Positions 10,143 through 17,276 of a stretch of DNA of 50,756 nt are shown in pieces. The notes below the pieces were generated by a model. It was not told the origin of the DNA, searched no databases, and was given only the letters and a program-made list of their open reading frames with translations. The stretch lies in assembly GCA_964385515.1 (NCBI GenBank), contig CAYLPD010000003.1:1-50756 (forward strand). Direction: 5' to 3'. How positions within the stretch are numbered: the stretch's first letter is position 1; each line of letters begins with the position of its first letter. The DNA comes from an uncultured Bdellovibrionales bacterium. GTDB taxonomy: Bacteria > Patescibacteriota > Minisyncoccia > Moranbacterales > UBA1568. Position numbers and translations under genes: made by a program.

Positions 10143-11117
10143 TTAAGTTTGTAAACCAAAGTATTGACGCAGGATCTGTTCTGCAGGATCAAAATACGGA
10201 CGTTTGATCGACCCCTGGTGGAGCGAAAGATCTGGCCCCCCGTTTATCTCGATGATCACGCCGCCAGTTTTGATCAGTGGCAGGTTGATATCTTCGGTGA
10301 TGACATCAATGCCGGCAATATTCAGGTGAATAGCTCTTGTGGCCGCGAGAAAGAGTTCTACATTGATGGGGTGAATACGATCCGTCACGTCTACCGCATG
10401 CCCACCGTGTGAAATCGGCGCCGCACGGTAGAGGTTGATAGTCTCACCGGGCTCTGGGATCATTGAGAACGCGAGACCTTGTTCATTGAGGATACGGACG
10501 AGTTCGGGCTTTATTGGGATAGGCACCGTATTGCTCCCGGGGATAATCGAGTTATTGTGCTGATTGATGAGCAAGAGAATGGTATCACTCCCATTCCCCG
10601 TGAGCGTGGGAGGAATAAATTCAGCCGCCGCTATAATCTGATTTTCAAAAATAAGAATCCGGTACTCTTTACCTCGAATCTTTTTCTCAATGACAACATA
10701 TTGGAATTCTTTCTGAATCGTCTTGAAAGCGTTCCTTGCTTCTTCGATGGTTTGGATAGACGCGTGTACCCCTCTCCCGAGAGTGGAACCGAGTGGTTTC
10801 ATCAAGACATCACCCTGATGTTTGTTGTAAAACGCCTCAAGTTCTGGTAGAGAACTTACGATGAGTTGTTCAGTCGTGGGAATCCCATGGTGTCGAAGAA
10901 TCTCGTTTGTAGTCGCTTTGTCAGCTGCGATCTTCATCCCGATAAATGAAGTGGAAAGGATGGTCGCGCCGAGGGTAAAGAGTTCTCTCTGTCCATCAGA
11001 AATCCGATAAACGGAGCGTCGTTCTGGCGAAGATCCTTTTATCGAGGCGTAGGGTTTGAGACTGAGGCCGAGTCGTTTGGCAGCCTGAGCAAACCCGAAT
11101 TTTTTTGAGTGAGACAT
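10143..11117 (-). CDS. Stand-alone cyanophycin-synthetase-like ATP-grasp (G-domain-like) ligase
   Basis: 324 aa, counted from the ATG at 11117, which is preceded by AGGAG. The track ORF extends to 11228. The order of motifs matches the CphA ATP-grasp region: 'LMKPLGSTLGRGV', 'VIEKKIRGKEYRILIF', 'PPTLTGNGSDTI', 'ISHGGHAVDVTDRIHP', 'AGIDVITEDI', 'IIEINGGPD'. No Mur-ligase-like M domain is attached. Confidence 0.7.
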   Translation of the reverse strand: MSHSKKFGFAQAAKRLGLSLKPYASIKGSSPERRSVYRISDGQRELFTLGATILSTSFIGMKIAADKATTNEILRHHGIPTTEQLIVSSLPELEAFYNKHQGDVLMKPLGSTLGRGVHASIQTIEEARNAFKTIQKEFQYVVIEKKIRGKEYRILIFENQIIAAAEFIPPTLTGNGSDTILLLINQHNNSIIPGSNTVPIPIKPELVRILNEQGLAFSMIPEPGETINLYRAAPISHGGHAVDVTDRIHPINVELFLAATRAIHLNIAGIDVITEDINLPLIKTGGVIIEINGGPDLSLHQGSIKRPYFDPAEQILRQYFGLQT

Positions 11118-11140
11118 AGTTTGGCTCCTGACTAAGGCTG

Positions 11141-11162
11141 AAAAAAGCGCCACACTGGGCGC
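11141..11162 (-). terminator. Intrinsic terminator/attenuator hairpin between the DUF1704 gene and the CphA-like gene
   Basis: On the minus strand the sequence reads GCGCC-cagtgt-GGCGC followed by TTTTTT. It lies about 24 nt upstream of the 11117 start codon. Confidence 0.55.
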
Positions 11163-11254
11163 AAGAGAAAAAGAGCTTTTGACTTTAACGCCGGACGGGA
11201 AAGAGCAACAGCTAATGAGTTGTACCACAGAAACAATAAAGAGTGAAGACTAGA

Positions 11255-12640
11255 CTATTCCTTTTGGAGTGATGCAAGATCGGTGTCAGTAATGCCAAGC
11301 TCATCCAACACCCAGAGATGCCGCGGATTGCTCGGATCGTATTTCCCGATATTCCAGCGTTGCATCTCGGGCTCTTTCCGATGGAGCGTTTCCCAGACAG
11401 CGATATTGCCTTCGCGATAGATGATGTCCTTGGTGAAACAGGCCCCGGGAGTCTTGCAATCGGTCCCGCGAAAGGTGCGGACTGCACGGCCCCAGGCAGT
11501 GTTCGCTGCCTTCTTTTCTGCTTCGGGAGCATCTATTCCGCGCGCGAGGTTTTTGATGAAGTAGTAACGGAACAGGAGATCATAGGTCCCACGGAAATCC
11601 CGGGGATGCCCGTCGAGCCCTGACGCGAGGCTAATCGCGAAGTGTCCGTCAAAGCCCGAGTAGTCGTCAGCTTCGCCCGCGAGCGCCTGTTCCCGGAGCG
11701 TTGCGATGCCTTCTTCGCCACCTTCGTAACGATCAAGTCCGAGGCCGAGCAGGCGGAGTCTGGCCCGCTCGCCATTGAGCCGTCTTGCAGTGTGTGTGCC
11801 AATCTCATGAGCGATCAGACCTTTGAGTTCGACGGTCGGCATTTTCCGGTCCGGAGGAACTTGGACCGCTTTTCTCTCTTGGTTCACGCTGATCCCGGCC
11901 CGTTTCGGATCGATGACCGCGACCCAGCCATCGGCCGATAAGGACTGAAGTGCGGATTCAAACGATGCCCGGATCTCTTCATCAGTCAGTTTTTCAGGAG
12001 CGTCAGGGATATCCAGTATGTCGCCGAGATCACGCTCAGTTTGGCTCTTTACGGCAGGGAGCATCGATTTGTCCGGTCCGCTGATTGCCGAGGCGCCACT
12101 CACGTCGGGGAGATCATTGATGAGGTGGGAGATCTCCTGCTGAATGAGGGGACTCGGGTTTTGATCAGCGATCTGCTTGAGTTCCTGCCGAACTTGCCCC
12201 AGAGTGTATTCAAAGATTTCTTTTGAGGGTTTTCCGTAGATGAATTCTGAGTAGCGCCTGAATCGGCGCATATTGCCAGTCGCCGCCGCGAGGAGCAGGC
12301 GGTTCTCGGCGATCTTCTCGTTGAGTCGCCAGCGGTAGACGTTTTTTACCACTTCATTCTTCTCACTGGCGAGAATCTTTTCTTTCAGGTCGAGTAATTC
12401 GCCATCTTTGGCGAGGAGTGCTCCTTCTTCAAGTCGCGGATAGTCGAGATCGGGATTTTCCTTTCCGTCGGAAAGAAAGGCTTCTTTTTCTTTGGCGCGG
12501 GCAGTGCTATCGCCATCGAGATACTCGTATGCCTGAAAAGCCCCAATTTCTTCAAAACGGGGATACCACCTTCTATCGAGTGCCGACAGTTTGGTAGCGG
12601 ATTCTTTTCTCGGTTTTAGCTTGAGTGGTTGTTCGAACAT
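11255..12640 (-). CDS. DUF1704-family (MATCAP-like) HExxH metallopeptidase
   Basis: 461 aa. It carries 'AHEIGTHTARRLNG' (HExxH, nt 11792-11809) and, about 30 residues later, 'GGEEGIATLREQ' (a QEGLA-like Glu motif, nt 11702-11716). This is the layout I recall for DUF1704 'QEGLA motif' proteins. Confidence 0.65.
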   Translation of the reverse strand: MFEQPLKLKPRKESATKLSALDRRWYPRFEEIGAFQAYEYLDGDSTARAKEKEAFLSDGKENPDLDYPRLEEGALLAKDGELLDLKEKILASEKNEVVKNVYRWRLNEKIAENRLLLAAATGNMRRFRRYSEFIYGKPSKEIFEYTLGQVRQELKQIADQNPSPLIQQEISHLINDLPDVSGASAISGPDKSMLPAVKSQTERDLGDILDIPDAPEKLTDEEIRASFESALQSLSADGWVAVIDPKRAGISVNQERKAVQVPPDRKMPTVELKGLIAHEIGTHTARRLNGERARLRLLGLGLDRYEGGEEGIATLREQALAGEADDYSGFDGHFAISLASGLDGHPRDFRGTYDLLFRYYFIKNLARGIDAPEAEKKAANTAWGRAVRTFRGTDCKTPGACFTKDIIYREGNIAVWETLHRKEPEMQRWNIGKYDPSNPRHLWVLDELGITDTDLASLQKE

Positions 12641-13286
12641 CTCGGACTGAATCAGTAAGATCAGTATAGCGTATCAACTGGAAAGGGCGGATGAGTTTCT
12701 GAAAAGCTCCGCTTCGGAGAAAGGTGAGCTCTCCTTCGCGCTCCTGGTTGTAGGGATAGGTGCAGCGTTTGTCAAAATAGCCGGGATGAGTGACGAGCTC
12801 AGTGACGAGGAACGAACGCGAAGCGAGGAGTCGTTCTATGAGCACAGGGATTCGCTTTGGATGCCAGGAGACAAAGTGGTTTGGAGTGACTATGCCACTG
12901 CACAGTAAATGGGCGCGGTCAGTCGGGAGCCGTGACCGGATGGGAAGACCATAGCGCCGCGCTGCTCGGATGACCCGGTCGATATTGTCTGGTGTGACAT
13001 GCTTGTGCTGGTGTCCATCGAGGTAGGCGGGGAGTCTCCCAAAGCGTTTTTTGAATCGCTTAATTTGCGAAATGATCTCCCGGTAGGAAGATGAGCTTTC
13101 GAGTTCGAGGTGGAGACCGAGAGCAATATCGAGCGCGAGGAGTTCGGTTTTTCGGACATATTTCCGCTTGATCATGACGGAAATCCCGGTAATGATTCCT
13201 GCGCGTGCTACTTCAAGCACGCCTTGGTTGAACCGTGGGGACATCCCGTAGTCATCAGCGGTGATGATGAGTTCAGGACGAGACAT
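12573..13286 (-). CDS. YdjC/ChbG-family (carbohydrate) deacetylase
   Basis: 237 aa from the ATG at 13286, which is 1 nt after the upstream stop codon. The track ORF extends to 13493. The N-terminal 'LIITADDYGMS' metal-binding signature and 'LDGHQHKH' are typical of YdjC-like proteins. Confidence 0.75.
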   Translation of the reverse strand: MSRPELIITADDYGMSPRFNQGVLEVARAGIITGISVMIKRKYVRKTELLALDIALGLHLELESSSSYREIISQIKRFKKRFGRLPAYLDGHQHKHVTPDNIDRVIRAARRYGLPIRSRLPTDRAHLLCSGIVTPNHFVSWHPKRIPVLIERLLASRSFLVTELVTHPGYFDKRCTYPYNQEREGELTFLRSGAFQKLIRPFQLIRYTDLTDSVRDVRTTTQAKTEKRIRYQTVGTR

Positions 13287-13287
13287 C

Positions 13288-15180
13288 TTATTTCTTTTGG
13301 ACGGCGAACTTGAGCGCGCCGATGATCGCCTGGTAAAGTCTCCCAATGTGTGGTCGCTCTGATTCGTCCGGGTAGAGCCCCGGCATAGTATTGAGTTCGA
13401 CAATCCACGGTCGTCCGGTTGGATCAAACATGAGATCGATTGTATAAATCTTTGGCGAGAATTTTTCATAGTGAGACTGAACGGCATGAACAATAGGCCA
13501 GACCGAGTTGGGTATATCCTCTTCCGCGATCATTGTTTGTTTCCCGCCCTGGGCGACATTGGCCAAATAACCTCCGGCCCTTGGCGTGCGGTAATACGCA
13601 TATACTAGCGACTCATTGCAGTAGATGATTCGGAGATCATGGAGCCCTTTCATTACTCCTGGTATACCATTGCTTGAGTCGATGAATTCTTGGACGAGTA
13701 TTGGAAAAGCTACTCGTTCGAGTATTTCGGCCTTCTCAGCGATAAGAATTCCCTCGCCGCTGTTGCCGCGTTCCGGTTTAGCGACAACCAATGTATCCGG
13801 CAGTTGAGCGAGGATATTGATCAGATCCTCTCGAGAAGTGGCTCGGAAATACGGCTTGGCGAATTCTTTGAAGGCGCGACTAACTTGGAGTTTGCTGCCG
13901 GCGTGCAGGGAAAACGCAGGGTGATTGATCATCGGGTAGTGTTTGAGTAGGGCATCCTTGGCGGGTGTTGTCTCGGCGTTTACTGCCGCCTTGTCATAGA
14001 TAACATCAGGAGTAATAGAGTGGGCAAGTGTCCAGTTGTCTCCATCCCAATGCCAGGCCGCCCGAAACATACCGGTTGCCGCATCGTACCAGCGAGTCGA
14101 GCTTCGGTAGAGTGCTACACCTTCGCGGGCTGCGAGCTTAACAAAGTCGGTATATGCTTCACAATAGATGTCTTTTTCGAATGGCACTACCCCGTCATTT
14201 TCTTGGGGTGTAGAGATGATGACGGCAGTAATGGGATCAAGGAAGCGGCGCAGCTCTTCGAGCAATCGAGTATAGACGCGGCGCATTGTGGCATCTTCTT
14301 CGGGTGGAAAGAACATTCCAGGCATCGTGTTAAATTCGATAATCCAGGGGCGACCGGTTTCATCGAACATAACATCGATTGTATAGGTCTTCTGAGGAAA
14401 GCGCGCAAAGAGTGTCCGCGTGTCTTCGATGATGGGGGTAAGTACCTCAGGAAGTTCATCCGTTGGAATGATCCTCATACTGCCGCCCTGTGCGATATTG
14501 GCAAGGAACGACCCGTCCTTTGGTGTTCGGATATACGTGTAGACGAGTTCATCACCGATGAAGACCATACGGAAATCATGGTAGGTGTCAGTGATCCCGG
14601 GTATTCCATGGGAACTGTCGATAAACTCCTGGGTGATAACGGGAAATGTGAGAGTGAGAGATTTCGCTTCTTCTTTCGAAACAATATGAACACCCTGTCC
14701 GCCGCTTCCTACTATAGGTTTTATGACGAGCCGATCGCTGCTAAAGGTCTCTAGAAATTCAGCAAATTCTTTTGAGTCATCAATTTTTCGGTAGGGCTTG
14801 AAGTATTGTGGGAGTTGTCGACTGGTCTCGTACTTGTTGCTAGCAAATAAGGTGAAGGCGGGATCATCCATGAAACGGTAACGGGAAATGATGAGCGCGC
14901 GCGTTTTATCGAGAGCGGAACGTCCGTTGGTCTTATCATAAATAAGATCTGGCCTGACCGGTCCCGAGAGCTGCCACTTCCCCTCGACAAATTCCCAGGA
15001 GTCACGAAAAATATCGCGTTTGGCATCATACCAATCAATCGGTGCTCGGCAGAGATGGAGTCCGTGTGTTTCTCCAAGTGAGTAAAGCATTTCATAGCAG
15101 CGCTGATACTTGGGATCAGAAAACGGAATGTCTGGCCCCGCATTATGCGAAGTGTAGAGAATGAGAACGGTTTTTTTCAT
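13288..15180 (-). CDS. Internally duplicated (tandem) ATP-grasp amidoligase, RimK/YheCD/TTL-like
   Basis: 630 aa made of two homologous halves of about 315 aa each. Both halves carry 'KP..GS/NSG.G', 'QEFIDSS.GIPG', 'AN(I/V)AQGG' and '(I/V)E(F/L)NTMPG'. Confidence 0.75.
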   Translation of the reverse strand: MKKTVLILYTSHNAGPDIPFSDPKYQRCYEMLYSLGETHGLHLCRAPIDWYDAKRDIFRDSWEFVEGKWQLSGPVRPDLIYDKTNGRSALDKTRALIISRYRFMDDPAFTLFASNKYETSRQLPQYFKPYRKIDDSKEFAEFLETFSSDRLVIKPIVGSGGQGVHIVSKEEAKSLTLTFPVITQEFIDSSHGIPGITDTYHDFRMVFIGDELVYTYIRTPKDGSFLANIAQGGSMRIIPTDELPEVLTPIIEDTRTLFARFPQKTYTIDVMFDETGRPWIIEFNTMPGMFFPPEEDATMRRVYTRLLEELRRFLDPITAVIISTPQENDGVVPFEKDIYCEAYTDFVKLAAREGVALYRSSTRWYDAATGMFRAAWHWDGDNWTLAHSITPDVIYDKAAVNAETTPAKDALLKHYPMINHPAFSLHAGSKLQVSRAFKEFAKPYFRATSREDLINILAQLPDTLVVAKPERGNSGEGILIAEKAEILERVAFPILVQEFIDSSNGIPGVMKGLHDLRIIYCNESLVYAYYRTPRAGGYLANVAQGGKQTMIAEEDIPNSVWPIVHAVQSHYEKFSPKIYTIDLMFDPTGRPWIVELNTMPGLYPDESERPHIGRLYQAIIGALKFAVQKK

Positions 15181-15182
15181 GA

Positions 15183-16604
15183 CTATTTCTTACTGACGTC
15201 GACAAGAAACATCCCGAGGTTACGGCGGCCGATGATGGCTCGATACTGGAGTGACGAACGGTCCACCACTGTCGGACTAGCAGAGATCTCTTGACCATCC
15301 ATGACGAGCGTTAGTCCGATTTTCGGTCGCATGCTGACACCGTTTGATGCGTAAACGAAAACAATGTCTTTCAGGTCGGGTATATCCTGGCGCAAATGAG
15401 TTCTTTTTAGAGATTCTCTGAGCTTTTCTCCTGTTTCCTGATTTTCCGGAAATACGGGATTGATTGTATCAAAATACTGGAGTGCTTCCCCAAATCCGAG
15501 TTCCTCGGCAAGCGCTCGATCGATCGCCGAGGAATCCGCTCCCGTGTCGATTTTCGCCTCGATCTCGATTTCCTTGCCGTCTTTGCCAATAAACTTTACT
15601 TTTTCGACAGAGCCGATGACGCGTTTTCCCGAGAGTCCCTCAATGTTTTCTTCAATCTCGCCACCAAACAGATTCATACCAACACGGACGCCGTGATCGA
15701 CACTTTTAATTTTTACACCCTTTACCCGCTCGAGGCGTTCTTTCAAGCCGGCCATATTTGCAAGTTGGATCGAGAGGCCGGGCCGAGCGTTCAGCTCGAG
15801 GATAACCGGGCCAGCGTCACGGTCGATGGCGATATCAGCACCGAGAAATCCGAGCCCAGACACTTCCTGGGCCTTCACGGCCATCGTGAGGATTTCTTTC
15901 CAGCGGGGGATCTTGATACCGGATAACAGGAGACGGGTCTTCGGGGCATATTCGATGATGCGTCCTTTGCCGACGATCGCGCTTGTCGTCGTGCCATTCG
16001 CCATGTCGATACCGACGCCGATTGCGCCCTGATGCAGGTTGGCTTTGCCGCCCGAATCCTGGGTCGGGAGACGCAACATTGCCATCACCGGGACACGATT
16101 GAAGACGATGACACGAATATCAGGAATCCCTTTCCATGTGTAGGGTTTGAAGAGTTTAAGGAGTTTGAGTCGCTCTTCAAAAAAGGCAATATCAGGTTTA
16201 TTGGAAAGCGAAAATGTACCGTCAAGGATATTCTGAACATGGTTTTTCAGGTCAGCAATGGTGATTAAGCTTCCGTCAGCCTTCACCCAAGCATCGTCCC
16301 GACCTTTCTTTTTTGCATACACCACCACTATCCCTTCACCGCCGAATCCGCGATTCGGTTTCAGGGCAAAACTGCTGGGGAGCATTTGCCAATCGAAATT
16401 TTCAAGCGATTCGGAAGAGCTGATTTTTGCAACGAGCTTTGAGACGGGAAGCCCATTTTTTTTCAACGCAACTTTACATTTTAACTTTTGATCCGCAAAG
16501 CGCCGACCTTGGGCATGATTATACCGCCGTACATAGTCGAGGTTGCGGGCATTCATCCCGAGGAGTGTGCGGCTGTGCGCGTACCAGGAAAGCATAGAGG
16601 GCAA
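15183..16604 (-). CDS. Alpha-L-glutamate-ligase-like (RimK-related) ATP-grasp fused to a retropepsin-like aspartic protease domain
   Basis: 473 aa. The N-terminus has 'LGMNARNLDYV', 'LKPNRGFGGEGI', 'ANLHQGA' and 'ILELNARPG'. The C-terminus (residues about 325-473) has 'KIDTGADSS' (DTGA at nt 15537-15548) and 'AIIGRRNL...FLVD', as in the RimB/'ATP-dependent zinc protease' retropepsin-like family. Confidence 0.8.
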   Translation of the reverse strand: MPSMLSWYAHSRTLLGMNARNLDYVRRYNHAQGRRFADQKLKCKVALKKNGLPVSKLVAKISSSESLENFDWQMLPSSFALKPNRGFGGEGIVVVYAKKKGRDDAWVKADGSLITIADLKNHVQNILDGTFSLSNKPDIAFFEERLKLLKLFKPYTWKGIPDIRVIVFNRVPVMAMLRLPTQDSGGKANLHQGAIGVGIDMANGTTTSAIVGKGRIIEYAPKTRLLLSGIKIPRWKEILTMAVKAQEVSGLGFLGADIAIDRDAGPVILELNARPGLSIQLANMAGLKERLERVKGVKIKSVDHGVRVGMNLFGGEIEENIEGLSGKRVIGSVEKVKFIGKDGKEIEIEAKIDTGADSSAIDRALAEELGFGEALQYFDTINPVFPENQETGEKLRESLKRTHLRQDIPDLKDIVFVYASNGVSMRPKIGLTLVMDGQEISASPTVVDRSSLQYRAIIGRRNLGMFLVDVSKK

Positions 16605-16607
16605 ACG

Positions 16608-17267
16608 CTACGGTTTTTGCTTCAAGATATGACGGAAGCGGAAAAGTTCCACGAGCCGCAACCCTGACCACTTGCCAAGACCGATATTGATGAAGAAAGT
16701 TGCAAAAATTGCCCAGGGATACTGGAGGAAGAAATCACGGAGTGCTGGCCACCCGATGGCGAAATAACCGATCATGGAGATGATGAGAGTCTCACCTGCC
16801 AGGATGAGAGCTGTCTTTGCACCTTGTTCTATCTGGGTCGCAATAAACTTTTCAGCCAGAGTGACGAGGATGAGAAGGGGGAAGATATCGACCGCAGCCA
16901 AGCCAGTTCGATGGAGTGTTGCTCCGAGCGCGAGGATGCTGAGTACGGTGAGCGATATAATAGAAAGTGTAATCGCGACGCGGGGCAGATACAGGAGCCG
17001 GAAAGGGCGCAGGAGGTAACGTGAGAGAATGCCCATTCCAATGACGGCAAAGAAGATAGCAATTCCATATTTTAATCCCTTTTCACCAAAGGCGAGGAAT
17101 GCAAAGGTGATGATGGATGGTGTGTAAATTCCAAAGGCCTTGATTCCGACGATCTGCCTGAAAAACGCAACGAGCGTCGCGATAACCGGCAGCATGAGCA
17201 AGAGATACACAGTCTCAACCGGTACGCCGGCAGCAACAAAAAACTGAATAATGGGATGATAGTTCAT
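16608..17267 (-). CDS. 7TM membrane protein (7TM_transglut-like, lacking the transglutaminase module)
   Basis: 219-aa polytopic ORF. 'RQIVGIKAFGIYTPSII' resembles the conserved first-loop motif of the 7TM proteins that partner RimK-like ligases. There is a 3-nt gap to the ligase-protease gene. Confidence 0.6.
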   Translation of the reverse strand: MNYHPIIQFFVAAGVPVETVYLLLMLPVIATLVAFFRQIVGIKAFGIYTPSIITFAFLAFGEKGLKYGIAIFFAVIGMGILSRYLLRPFRLLYLPRVAITLSIISLTVLSILALGATLHRTGLAAVDIFPLLILVTLAEKFIATQIEQGAKTALILAGETLIISMIGYFAIGWPALRDFFLQYPWAIFATFFINIGLGKWSGLRLVELFRFRHILKQKP

Positions 17268-17276
17268 ACTCCTCTA

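Noticed and set aside
13287-13493. N-terminal extensions given by the ORF track for ydjC. The same applies to ruvC (17766-17831), yebC (21306-21374), the CphA-like gene (11118-11228), mutM (33493-33519), pyk (48801-48845) and the lipoprotein (47646-47786).
   Set aside because: In each case an internal Met reproduces the canonical family N-terminus or follows an SD. The extension overlaps the upstream gene or has an implausible sequence.
14020-14754. A 244-aa plus-strand ORF inside the tandem ATP-grasp gene.
   Set aside because: It is antisense to a gene with two full sets of ATP-grasp motifs. It has no SD or domain and reflects the locally higher GC content.
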